From Candidatus Micrarchaeota archaeon (GTDB taxonomy: Archaea > Micrarchaeota > Micrarchaeia > Anstonellales > Bilamarchaeaceae), in the NCBI GenBank assembly GCA_043812915.1, contig JBDRLQ010000004.1, positions 32,001-96,000 on the forward strand: a stretch of DNA of 64,000 nt. The letters run 5' to 3'. This document shows positions 27,475-37,151 of the stretch, piece after piece. Each line of letters starts with the position of its first letter. Positions within the stretch are counted from its first letter, which is position 1. The position numbers and the translations under genes were made by a program. The notes beneath the pieces are model-generated. The model was not told the DNA's origin and ran no database searches. It worked only from the letters and a program-made list of their open reading frames with translations.

Positions 27475-28380
27475 ATGGCAGAAGAAGAAACTGAAAAAGT
27501 GGATGAAGAGAAGAGTGGCATGCCTGTCAAGCAGGAAATGTTCCTTGAGGCGGGTATGCATATAGGTACGAAGATTCGTACGAATGATATGAGGGATTTC
27601 GTCTTCAAGAGAAGGGATGACGGGCTGTTCATTCTGGACCTTCGGAAGAGCGCTGAGCGGCTCATGTCGGCAGCGAAGATGATCTCCCAGTTCAGGCCAG
27701 AGGATGTGCTTGTAGTCGCATCGCGTGTGTACTCAAGCAACCCTGCAACCAAGTTCTCACAGCTGACTTCCATACCCCTTGTCAAGGGGAGGTTTGTCCC
27801 AGGCACCATGACCAACATGATGTGCGCGAGCTTCAAGGAGCCCAAGCTTGTCATGGTCTGCGATCCGAAGGGGGAGAGGGAAGCAATCCTCGAGAGCGCC
27901 AAGAACGGCGTTCCTGTAATCGCGCTCTGCGACACTGACAACGAGACAAAGTTCATCGACCTGATTGTGCCCATCAACAACAAGGGCAAGCGCTCGCTGG
28001 CACTGACCTTCTACATCCTTGCCAGGGAGCTTATGCTTTCCCAGGGCAAGATAAAGGACTACTCAGAATTCCCATTCGAGGTCCACCACTTCGAGCAGCC
28101 GCCTCCTGAAAAGAAGGAGGAGGCGAAGGCTGAGGAAGCTGTTGAAGCCGCAAAGGAAGAGGCAGCAAAAGAGGAAGCCGAGAAGGAAGAAAAGGCCGCA
28201 AAGGACAAGGAAGAGGAGAAGAAGGCCGAGGAAGCCCTCAAGGTGGCCAAGGACGAGAAGGAGTCCAAGGAGAAGCCGAAGAAAGAAGAGAAGCCGGAAA
28301 AGAAGGCCGAAGAGAAGAAAGAGGCCGCAAAGGAAGGGAAGCTGGCAAAAGAAGACGCTTCAGAAGAGAAAAAGGAGTAA
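27475..28380 (+). CDS. rps2: 30S ribosomal protein uS2 with long E/K/A-rich C-terminal tail
   Basis: AGMHIGTK, GRFVPGTMTN, ALCDTDN, PINNKG. Confidence 0.96.
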   Translation: MAEEETEKVDEEKSGMPVKQEMFLEAGMHIGTKIRTNDMRDFVFKRRDDGLFILDLRKSAERLMSAAKMISQFRPEDVLVVASRVYSSNPATKFSQLTSIPLVKGRFVPGTMTNMMCASFKEPKLVMVCDPKGEREAILESAKNGVPVIALCDTDNETKFIDLIVPINNKGKRSLALTFYILARELMLSQGKIKDYSEFPFEVHHFEQPPPEKKEEAKAEEAVEAAKEEAAKEEAEKEEKAAKDKEEEKKAEEALKVAKDEKESKEKPKKEEKPEKKAEEKKEAAKEGKLAKEDASEEKKE

Positions 28381-28404
28381 TCTCCTTTTCCCTTTTTTTC
28401 ATTT

Positions 28405-30276
28405 TTACCAGTCGCAGATATTTTCATCCCGCGGATCCATTGGATTGTCAACATCGAACTCCCTGAATGTGCTCTGGATTCCACCGCCTTCTGTTTTATG
28501 GCAGATATTTCTCAGTTTCGAGATTCTCATTCTCCGCTCCATTACGCTTGGCAACTTCTGGATTTCTCCGATTGCAAGCCTTTTCCTGAATCTCCTCTCA
28601 GCCGCGTATCTCATGCTCATCTCTATATTGCCTCCATATCTTGAGAGCCGGGAAATCTCTGCAAAGAGCTCGAGCTCCTCCTGGGTGAGCTCCTCAATGC
28701 TCCGCACTTGTTTTTCGGGAGGGCTGCCAACCTCGAATATCTCCCTGCTTGGAATGGCCTTTAGCATCCGGGAGAACTCCTCAGCGCTTATTTCTCCATC
28801 CTCATCCTCGTCGGCTGCCTGCCTTGCACCTGCGATGGCGCGCTCCAGCCTCAATCTCCGTTCCATCACGCTGGGAAGCCCCTGGAACTCTCCAGACAAA
28901 TAGCTTTTCCTGAATCTTGCCTCAAGCTCCTCATGCCTCTCATGGCGGGAGACCTCAGTGAAATATTCGAGCTCTTCCTGGGTGAGATCCAGAATATCGC
29001 CGACATAGATGCCGCCCGGGTTTTCTGGGCGTGAGCCGTCTCTTCCAGGCAACATCCTCAGCATACGCACGAACTCCCCGGAGTCAACCCTGCCGTCGTT
29101 GTCCCTGTCTGCCATGTGAGTTGCCTCTGCAACCACCCTATCAAGCATCTCATATTCCACCTGCTGGACAAGCTCCTGCCTCTGGAGCTCCAGGAACCGG
29201 TTCTGGCTCTCTATATAGTTCCTGTATAGAGAAACGCCATAGGCCATCGCTATTCCAAGCGCGACTGCCGCGACGAATTTCACCGCCCGCAAGGCCCTTC
29301 TCCTCCAGAGCTTGTCAACTGCCTTTTGGTCATAGTTGCCCTTTCCGGTATTCACTATGACGACCGTGTCGCTGGGCCCAAGGTCGAATTTCTCTGCACC
29401 GCAGAATGCAACCGCTGCGGATGGCTCGACAGCAATCCCGATTTTGTTGAGGTACTTGTATTCCTTTGCAATCTCTCTTTCGCTGATTGCATCTACCAGC
29501 TCCACCCTCCCGTTCTTGACTAAGTTGAGAAGCAATTCCTTGAATTTCGAATATCCATTGACAAGCTTGTCTGCAATGCTCTTTCCAGGCCTTTTGAGGA
29601 ACTCCTCGGCCTTCACGATAGTGTTCTGGGCAATGGTGACTCCGACAACCATCGGCGCTTCATCTCCCCAGATTTCATTCGCGCCTTCTGCAAGCTCGAC
29701 TGCAAGCTCCCCTTCCCCGACAGGGCAGAATATGTAGTCAGGCTTAACGCCCGTATCGAAAATCTCACGAACGATAGTACGGTAGCCGTTGGCAAGCCCG
29801 TAATCCTCAACGCCGACAATATTCTCTTCCGGACCATCAAAGCCAGTTGCTTTTCTGGCAATCTCCTTCATCTCATCCTGCGTGATTATCCGCTTTCCAA
29901 GGCCCAGCTCAACAACTATTGAGCAGCCCTCAAGGGCCTCCCGCACTTCCCTTGAAATCCCTTTGGGGACTATGTTGACCACCTGGATTTCCAATCCGGT
30001 TTCCTTTACTCTTTCCTTTGCCATATGCCCCAGGCTGAATCCTGAATTCCCCGAGGTGATATGGACAAACAGCAGGCCATCTGATTTCCCCCCGCATGCC
30101 CCGGCCTTCGCAGCTAGCTTCCTCATTTCCCTATCGAGAATTGCCGAGCACCGCCTGTCCTTGAATGTCTTGAAAGGATTCATGCTCTCGTGCTTGACCA
30201 GCACAGTAGCCCCGTTGCAGCGCCCGCACATCTCGATGCTCTTTTGCAGAGGTGTCATGCCAACTTTTAGCCTCAT
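28405..30276 (-). CDS. PLP-dependent fold-II enzyme (threonine synthase/dehydratase-like) fused to a TM helix and EF-hand-like repeats
   Basis: KHESMNPFKTFKDR, TSGNSG, CPVGEGEL, VEPSAAVA, IVNTGKG; TM FVAAVALGIAMAYGVSLY; DRDNDGRVDSGE and DEDEDGEISAEE loops. Confidence 0.85.
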   Translation of the reverse strand: MRLKVGMTPLQKSIEMCGRCNGATVLVKHESMNPFKTFKDRRCSAILDREMRKLAAKAGACGGKSDGLLFVHITSGNSGFSLGHMAKERVKETGLEIQVVNIVPKGISREVREALEGCSIVVELGLGKRIITQDEMKEIARKATGFDGPEENIVGVEDYGLANGYRTIVREIFDTGVKPDYIFCPVGEGELAVELAEGANEIWGDEAPMVVGVTIAQNTIVKAEEFLKRPGKSIADKLVNGYSKFKELLLNLVKNGRVELVDAISEREIAKEYKYLNKIGIAVEPSAAVAFCGAEKFDLGPSDTVVIVNTGKGNYDQKAVDKLWRRRALRAVKFVAAVALGIAMAYGVSLYRNYIESQNRFLELQRQELVQQVEYEMLDRVVAEATHMADRDNDGRVDSGEFVRMLRMLPGRDGSRPENPGGIYVGDILDLTQEELEYFTEVSRHERHEELEARFRKSYLSGEFQGLPSVMERRLRLERAIAGARQAADEDEDGEISAEEFSRMLKAIPSREIFEVGSPPEKQVRSIEELTQEELELFAEISRLSRYGGNIEMSMRYAAERRFRKRLAIGEIQKLPSVMERRMRISKLRNICHKTEGGGIQSTFREFDVDNPMDPRDENICDW

Positions 30277-31868
30277 CTCGCATTCACCTCCCTTGCAGCA
30301 GATGCGACACTCCTACGCTTATCATATATGCCCTCGGCGATTCTCCTTAAGAGAACCGGCCTACCGAAACTGTCTGGGCTGGCACGGAATTCCCTGCGCA
30401 TGTCATCTGCCCACATGATGCTGAACTGCCCCATGCCTGTTCTCTCCTGATTTGCCAAACGAACGTAGAAATTGAGTTCTGCCTCAGTAAAATCATCTAG
30501 GTGGAGGCGCCCCTCTGCATTCCCAGTCCTGCACCTTCCGGCCCTTCTCCCAGGAATCTTCCCGCAGATTCTAGCAATCTCATCTTCGTTCAGCCTGCCA
30601 TTGCCGTTTCCATCGGCAATTTCCATTACCTGCGCCCGCAGTTTCTGCAGCCTGAACAATTCGGCGTCATTCGCATGCATCTTCGCGCTGATTGAAAGGG
30701 TATGGTTTTCAGCTTCAAGCATCAATCTGTCCCGCTTTATGCTCAAGTCATATGTGCGGATTCCGAGTATGGCAACAGTAGCAATAAATGCAACGGCGGC
30801 CCACCTGGCGCTCTTCCAGATGAATCTCCTCCACATCTTCCTGACCGCATGCCGATCGTAAATCCCCTGCCCCGTATTCACTATGACAATTGGCTCATCA
30901 GGATTGAGATTGCACCTCTTTGCGCCTGCGAATGCTACTGCCGCTGAAGGCTCGAGAGCCATGAGTTCTGAAACATGCTCGTATTCCTTGGCAATCTCAA
31001 ACTCATTGACGGTAATCATAATCATCTTTCTTTCCTTTACCAGGCTCTCAATAATCGCCTTGAATTTCGAATATGCAGTTACCAGCTTGTCGGCAATGCT
31101 CTCCTTGGGCTTCCTGACGAATGCCTTTTTTTGGACTATGGGGTTGCCGGGTATTGTGACCCCGATAATTTTCGGGTAGTAATCCCCCCAGATGGCCTCC
31201 TCCAGGCCAAATCCTGGTGCAGTGGAGCCGTATTCGAATCCCCAGGCCTCCCTGCCATCTGCCAGTTGCTCTTCCTTTGACCACACTTCCTCCACGCCGC
31301 GCGCAAGGTCGACTGCGAGTTCTCCCCCTCCCACAGGCACAAAAATATGCCTGGGCTTGATGCCCTCCGCATGAATCTCGCGGATAATCTCCTCATACCC
31401 GTTTCCGAGCCCGGATGACTCCACAACGACAATATCACTGTCCGGGCCATCGAATGCAGCGGCCGTTTTCGCTATGTCAATTAGTTCGTCCTCGCCAATC
31501 TGTTCCTTATCCAGATTCATCTCACGGACGATTGAGCACTTCCTGAGCCTCCTCTTTATGGGCGTTGCCAGCTTTTTTGAAACTATATTTACAACTGTTC
31601 TCTCCTTGCCGGTCTCCTCCTGCCAGTCGGCAGCAAGCTTCGCCAGGCTGTATCCTGAGTTTCCTGATGTTATATGGACAAAAAGCACCTTTTCCTTGGA
31701 GGCATGGGCTTCAAGCAAGGCAGCACACCTTCTGGCCTTTACTGTTCCGGACTGGTTCCTGCTCTCATCCTTTACAAAGACCCTGGCGCGCCCGTATCTT
31801 CCGCACAGCTCATGGCTTATTGCGCAGCGTGTCTTGCCTACAGCTAACCTTCTCATGTACCCCGGCAT
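30273..31868 (-). CDS. Paralogous PLP-dependent fold-II enzyme fused to a TM helix and one EF-hand-like loop
   Basis: KDESRNQSGTVKAR, TSGNSG, VPVGGGEL, LEPSAAVA, IVNTGQG; TM WAAVAFIATVAILGI; DGNGNGRLNEDE. Confidence 0.85.
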   Translation of the reverse strand: MPGYMRRLAVGKTRCAISHELCGRYGRARVFVKDESRNQSGTVKARRCAALLEAHASKEKVLFVHITSGNSGYSLAKLAADWQEETGKERTVVNIVSKKLATPIKRRLRKCSIVREMNLDKEQIGEDELIDIAKTAAAFDGPDSDIVVVESSGLGNGYEEIIREIHAEGIKPRHIFVPVGGGELAVDLARGVEEVWSKEEQLADGREAWGFEYGSTAPGFGLEEAIWGDYYPKIIGVTIPGNPIVQKKAFVRKPKESIADKLVTAYSKFKAIIESLVKERKMIMITVNEFEIAKEYEHVSELMALEPSAAVAFAGAKRCNLNPDEPIVIVNTGQGIYDRHAVRKMWRRFIWKSARWAAVAFIATVAILGIRTYDLSIKRDRLMLEAENHTLSISAKMHANDAELFRLQKLRAQVMEIADGNGNGRLNEDEIARICGKIPGRRAGRCRTGNAEGRLHLDDFTEAELNFYVRLANQERTGMGQFSIMWADDMRREFRASPDSFGRPVLLRRIAEGIYDKRRSVASAAREVNAR

Positions 31869-32045
31869 AATATTGTATAATTGTCCTTAAAAATGTACCT
31901 TTATGGTAATATTTATGTAAAATTGTGAGAATCACCGCTCCAGAACGGCTCTATCGATATATACGTGTTCCAACCGATATAATAATGTGACAAAGAGTAT
32001 TCGGGGCAGCTAGAGCGGGGGGATAAGCGCCCTGCAAGTTTATGG

Positions 32046-34004
32046 GTGTGCGAGATGGATGTGCGAGAGATGCACCTCTACTCTGCGAAAGTGGGGGATG
32101 AGGACATAAAGAACTTCTTCAATCTGGTAGTGAAAGCCAAGTTTCCGATACTGGGCTTCATATCATTCTCAGATATATTCTCGCCAAATGCCCTTGGCCT
32201 GGTCCTGAAGCGGAAGGAGAACACACTCAAGATTTTTGTCAAAGATAAGCCGTGCCTCAAAAATCTGTCAGCCTTGATATTCCCGTTCAGGATGTGCGAG
32301 GCAACTAGACTTGAAAGGTCGGCAGGCTCGTTCTTCCCGTTCCCGAAATTCTATTTCATAGGAGGCGGGAGGCACGATGCCCTTGATTTCATCCTCAAGG
32401 CGGATATTGAGGAGATTTCAATCGGGATAACCAAAGTACTGGGAAGGTTCATCGGAATCGGCAGCGTCACGAATACAAATGGAAAGAAGGGCATTACGAT
32501 AATCTTCAGCCCTCAGAAGTTCTTCAGGATTGACCTTGAGAAGAACCCTTCCATCTATGTTGAGCTCCTGGAGCCGTTGCCCAAGAAGATGCACATGAGC
32601 TCAAAATACCCGGTATTCGAGGAAACCGGGATGAGCCTCGGCACTGACAACTACGACCCGCTCCAGCACAGCCTTATAGTCGGAACTTCGGGAGCCGGAA
32701 AGAGCAAGGGACTGTACATCCTGCTAAAAGCGATAGAGGCCAGGTTCAGGGACAACACCCGGACTGTCATAATAGATCCTCATGGCGAGTTCGCCCACAT
32801 GATGCCGCACTCAGGAATCATCGACTTCATAAAGAACTATGTGGAGCCCCTGGATGTCGGGCAGGAGAAATCGCCGATGCTCACCCAATTGATAGCGCAG
32901 CTTATATCGTCAGCAATAGGCAAGGAGAATAAATATTCAGAGAGGGTGCTCTTCTACGCCATCCACCTCTTGGTATCGCTTGACAAGCTTGAGCTTGGGG
33001 AAATCAGCAAGCTGCTCACTGATTCCTCAGTGAAAGCAGAGTATGTCAGCATGTCGGAAAATGCCGAAGTGAAGAGGTTCTTCGATGAGGAGTTCAATGA
33101 CATCTATATCCACCACTTCAACACTGCGATACTGCCAATCCTGAACTTCATCGGGGAGTACCAGCTTTACCTGGGGAAAGAGAAGAAGAGAGCGAATCTC
33201 CTTGAGATGATAAAGAAGAACAGGATTACCGTAATTTCATTCAACCCTCACTTCTTCGGAAGGAGAATGATAAGCTTCCTTGCAGGGGCAATCATCAACC
33301 AGATGTATATAATGGCAATCACTGGCAAGCTGATGGACAAGCCGACAGTGCTTGTAGTCGACGAATTCCCAAGGGTGGAAACGAGGGTTACTCGGGACAT
33401 ACTCTCAGAGACGAGGAAGTTCAACCTGTATGCCTACCTCTCATGCCAATACCTTGGGCAACTGAGCAAGGAAGTGCTGGACTCGATAGTCTCGAATGTA
33501 AGGAACATAATCTCGTTCAAGGTGAACCGGCAGGACGCTGCCATGCTAAGCTCAATAATGGAAATCAAGGTGGAGGAATACTTCAAGAAGAGCCGCGGCC
33601 AGACCGAGCTTGAGGAATCAAAGAAGGAGATGTTCGTGCGCCTCCACCAGAGGGAATGCATAGTGAGGCTATTCGACGGGGTGAAGTATCTCCTTCCCAT
33701 GAAGCTCCGCATGGTCGACATCAAGAAATGGGGGCTCAAGGAGAATGCCTACAGGCCCCCTGACGAGCCAGGCGAATCCGAAGGGCAGCCCCCGGATGAG
33801 GGGCAGAAGGAGAAAGTGCCGGTAGAGCAACAGCTCAAGACTAAGCTGCCGGACCCGATACTTGAAAATGACGGAAGCGGAATCGGAGCAGGAGTGCCTG
33901 TGATAAAGGGAGTTTCGGAAAAAGGCGACCTTTTGGTAACAAGGGAAAAGAGAGGCCTCCGGAAAAGGGAGCTCGGGCCAGAGCCTAAGGGCAGCCAACA
34001 TTGA
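32046..34004 (+). CDS. HerA/FtsK/VirD4-superfamily ATPase (DUF87-like)
   Basis: HSLIVGTSGAGKS (Walker A), IIDPHGEF, LVVDEF (Walker B), ETRKFN, CQYLGQL. Start uncertain. Confidence 0.85.
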   Translation: MCEMDVREMHLYSAKVGDEDIKNFFNLVVKAKFPILGFISFSDIFSPNALGLVLKRKENTLKIFVKDKPCLKNLSALIFPFRMCEATRLERSAGSFFPFPKFYFIGGGRHDALDFILKADIEEISIGITKVLGRFIGIGSVTNTNGKKGITIIFSPQKFFRIDLEKNPSIYVELLEPLPKKMHMSSKYPVFEETGMSLGTDNYDPLQHSLIVGTSGAGKSKGLYILLKAIEARFRDNTRTVIIDPHGEFAHMMPHSGIIDFIKNYVEPLDVGQEKSPMLTQLIAQLISSAIGKENKYSERVLFYAIHLLVSLDKLELGEISKLLTDSSVKAEYVSMSENAEVKRFFDEEFNDIYIHHFNTAILPILNFIGEYQLYLGKEKKRANLLEMIKKNRITVISFNPHFFGRRMISFLAGAIINQMYIMAITGKLMDKPTVLVVDEFPRVETRVTRDILSETRKFNLYAYLSCQYLGQLSKEVLDSIVSNVRNIISFKVNRQDAAMLSSIMEIKVEEYFKKSRGQTELEESKKEMFVRLHQRECIVRLFDGVKYLLPMKLRMVDIKKWGLKENAYRPPDEPGESEGQPPDEGQKEKVPVEQQLKTKLPDPILENDGSGIGAGVPVIKGVSEKGDLLVTREKRGLRKRELGPEPKGSQH

Positions 34005-34764
34005 ATATATCATACCTAAAGCTCTTCTTTTCTCCCAATTCCTTGACAATCTCCTGCTGGACAAGTTCCTTGATTCTCCTGTACTCATCCGGTGCTACAG
34101 GCACGTTACCGATTGCGTTGCGCAGATTCTTCGCATTGAAGCAGAACATGGAATCATGGACGTTCTCGCAGTTGTGGCAGAAGAGCAGGTCGCTTGAATT
34201 TGTGCACGCATCCACCTCAAAGCAGCGGGTTATCTTGGTGCAATAATGGGCATGAATGGAGAATCCAGAATGCATTATCCCATGGCATCCGAACAGGTTT
34301 TCGGAGTATAGCACGTAATTGCCATATGCGACATTCTTCACCTTGAGGTAGACGTCATCGCACATCAGCATGTTCCGCCCATCTCCTGTGCCGCTGGATT
34401 TCTCGGCGTTCGTGTAGGTCCAGTACCTGAAGTTTCCGCAGTAATGGCTGATTGGCTTTATCATGCCTAGTATGTCTTTCACGGAGGCCCCTTCCAGTTC
34501 TCCCGCCCCCATTGGAGGGGTATTCGCCTGGTCTATCTCATCGGCCGAAATCGCGTTCTTGAGGTTGAACTGCTTCTTGAGGTAGATGTCTGAAGGCGGA
34601 ATCCACACTTCCTTCCCGCTGAGGGCGGATTTGGTCTCCCGGGGCAGCGGCACCGCTTTTCCAAGCCATCCACCGTACTGCTCCAGCCCGGCAAGCTCCT
34701 TTCCAAGCAACAGCCTGCACGTTGATGAGAATGCCCTCTCAAGCTCTTCACCCATCCACATCAC
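33985..34764 (-). CDS. Cys/Ser-rich repeat protein (single unit)
   Basis: AFSSTCRLLLG N-motif; CFEVDAC..LFCHNCEN..MFCFNAKNLRNAIGN..EY C-motif. Confidence 0.75.
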   Translation of the reverse strand: MMWMGEELERAFSSTCRLLLGKELAGLEQYGGWLGKAVPLPRETKSALSGKEVWIPPSDIYLKKQFNLKNAISADEIDQANTPPMGAGELEGASVKDILGMIKPISHYCGNFRYWTYTNAEKSSGTGDGRNMLMCDDVYLKVKNVAYGNYVLYSENLFGCHGIMHSGFSIHAHYCTKITRCFEVDACTNSSDLLFCHNCENVHDSMFCFNAKNLRNAIGNVPVAPDEYRRIKELVQQEIVKELGEKKSFRYDIFNVGCP

Positions 34765-35512
34765 CGTTGAACACGTTGATTATCGAGAAATCGGCCCTCT
34801 TTTTCCTTTTCATCTCATCACACAGCTCCGCTACGAGCTTCTCCTTGAGTTCCTGATACTTCTCTTTCTCCAGCTGGACATTTCCTATCATATTGTGTTT
34901 TGCCCTCAAATGGAAACAGAACATCAGGTCCGTGCAGTTCATGGTGTTGTAGCAGTAATAGCCATCGGAAACCCCTACGCAGGTGCTGCACTCGAAGCAC
35001 CTTCTCATGCTGTTGTTGTAGAAGCACCTGATGATGTGCGACGAATCCCCGCTTGACGTGGAGCCGAAGGCGAATTCGCCATCATGAATCATGTATACAT
35101 ACGCCTCGCACTTGCCTTTCTGGATGCTTGATGAGTTGAGGATGAATGTGCCATCAACAATTGCGTCAGAGTGCTCGACAAGTTTCGAGTTTCCAAGGAT
35201 TTTGTTGCCGCTGTATATTACGTTCTCGCTGATTCCTTCCAGGAGGGAATCGATGTCCTTGATGCTGTTTATATCAAGGGGTTTGGCATTGGGCACCGCG
35301 TCTTTTCCGAACTCGATGAACTTCGCATTGCCGCAGTAATGCTCGGATGTGACCCAGAGCGGCTTTCCGGAAACTGAAGCTACATCCTTGCCGATTACGG
35401 CCTCCTTCAGGTAATTCTCGAACTCCCCAAGCTCCCCGACCTCTTCCTTGAAGATCATCCTGCATGTGGCCTTCCAGGCCTTGTTCAGCTCCGCGTAAGT
35501 TTCGGATGCCAT
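34748..35512 (-). CDS. Cys/Ser-rich repeat protein (single unit, paralog)
   Basis: AWKATCRMIF; INSIKDIDSL; MFCFHLRAKHNMIGN..KY. Confidence 0.75.
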   Translation of the reverse strand: MASETYAELNKAWKATCRMIFKEEVGELGEFENYLKEAVIGKDVASVSGKPLWVTSEHYCGNAKFIEFGKDAVPNAKPLDINSIKDIDSLLEGISENVIYSGNKILGNSKLVEHSDAIVDGTFILNSSSIQKGKCEAYVYMIHDGEFAFGSTSSGDSSHIIRCFYNNSMRRCFECSTCVGVSDGYYCYNTMNCTDLMFCFHLRAKHNMIGNVQLEKEKYQELKEKLVAELCDEMKRKKRADFSIINVFNGDVDG

Positions 35513-37089
35513 AGCCCCTTTCCTCCTTTGCCGCCCATGCTGAAGATGTCAATTGAAAGCTCGCCTTTTTCCTCCAGCTCGTCCGCGAACTGATGAAGCA
35601 GAGCCTTTTTCGTCTCAAGATACTTAGCCGAATCAAGCGAAAGATTCCCAATCGCGTTCCTCTTCCCCTTTGCGTTGAAGCAGAACATCGCGTCAACCAG
35701 GCCCTCTGAATTGTGGCAGAAGTAAGCGTCCGAGCATTTTTCTGAAGTGTCCATCTCGAAGCACCTGCTCAGGTTGATTGAGTTGTAGCAGTTGATGCAG
35801 AACTCGGATTCTGTGAACCATCCGCTTCCAAAGACATTCTTGTTGTTGCCGCTCATCGTGGTGAATGCGGTGTTCTCAGAGTATGTCGCGTCAATGTCCT
35901 TGTAGGAATCGATGGTGTTGTATCCTATTGGAGTCTTGATGATGTTCCTGAGCCTCCCATCAAAGACTTCCGGAGTGAAGACCGCGAATCCAGAGGTGGC
36001 ATCAACAACGCCTCTAATAGAACCAGGGACCTTCCCATCAATCATCTCAGTTCCAAATGCCAGGCCTTCCTCATAGGTCACCAGCCTTTTCCTCGGAATG
36101 GGGTTGAAGAAGTCGTATATCTGCCCGGTCGGGACAATCACTTCCCTCCCAAGGCATGATATCTCATCCCTGGTCTCTGCCCTGTTCCTGCAGAGCCATT
36201 TCGCGTGCTTTTCCAGGCCTGAAATCTCCCTTCCAAGCAGCATCCTGCACGTAGTTGCGAATGCCTTCTCAATCTTCTCCGGGCCATCCGGCTTCTGCCG
36301 CTCAGGAATTTTGAAATCATATTCATTTGGAGAGCCTTGGGAATAAAGCTCGAAGAGTGAGGGAAAGCGCTTATTCTTTTTGAGCTCATCGCCGATTTCG
36401 GCAAGAAGCTTCTTCTTGAGCTCGAGGTATTGCTGCCGCGGCAGTTCCTTATTCCCGATACAGTTCCTCTTCCTCTTGACGAAGAAGCAGAATATGGTGT
36501 CGCTGCAGCCGGAGACATTGTGCGATAAGTATGTATCACTGCAATCAAGGGCGTATGAGCTTTCGAATATCCTTTTCGAATTAATCACAGCAAAAGCTCT
36601 CATGACGAATTCGCTGATTCCCATATACCCGCCGCTAAAAACGTACTTTGCCCCCTTGCGCACGCTGTTTCCCTTGTGCACATAAGATGAGCGGTAGATG
36701 TTCGCGGAATCCAGGACGTTCTGCGAATCCATGATTAGGTCTGAGTTGCTCACAAATGCCGAGTTCCCCAGAATCTTGTTTCCAGTGTATCTCCATTTCT
36801 CGGAAACCGCCTGCATAATCGAATCTATATCCTTGATTTCATTGATTGTGAGCGCTTCTGGATTGGCCTGCGCCTCCTCGCTTGATACGAACTTGGCAGT
36901 TCTACCGTAAAAATCAGAATCAATAAAGACATCTTTTCCGGAGACGCATGATTTCCTCGCGCTTGGCATCGGATAGTATTCACTGAGCCATCCATCGTAT
37001 TCCTTCAAATCCCCGAGTTCCTGTCCAAAGAGCACCCTGCAGGCTGCCTTCCAACCTTTGTCCAGCGATGCGTAAACCTCCCCATCCAT
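35485..37089 (-). CDS. Cys/Ser-rich repeat protein (two fused units)
   Basis: Two copies of the (W/F)xxxCRxLxG ... FCFxxKxKRNxIGN..Y module. Confidence 0.75.
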   Translation of the reverse strand: MDGEVYASLDKGWKAACRVLFGQELGDLKEYDGWLSEYYPMPSARKSCVSGKDVFIDSDFYGRTAKFVSSEEAQANPEALTINEIKDIDSIMQAVSEKWRYTGNKILGNSAFVSNSDLIMDSQNVLDSANIYRSSYVHKGNSVRKGAKYVFSGGYMGISEFVMRAFAVINSKRIFESSYALDCSDTYLSHNVSGCSDTIFCFFVKRKRNCIGNKELPRQQYLELKKKLLAEIGDELKKNKRFPSLFELYSQGSPNEYDFKIPERQKPDGPEKIEKAFATTCRMLLGREISGLEKHAKWLCRNRAETRDEISCLGREVIVPTGQIYDFFNPIPRKRLVTYEEGLAFGTEMIDGKVPGSIRGVVDATSGFAVFTPEVFDGRLRNIIKTPIGYNTIDSYKDIDATYSENTAFTTMSGNNKNVFGSGWFTESEFCINCYNSINLSRCFEMDTSEKCSDAYFCHNSEGLVDAMFCFNAKGKRNAIGNLSLDSAKYLETKKALLHQFADELEEKGELSIDIFSMGGKGGKGLWHPKLTRS

Positions 37090-37151
37090 GATAAAATGTA
37101 TTTTATAGTGATATATATCGGAAGTGCCGCTCTGGAGCGGCTGGTATAAAA

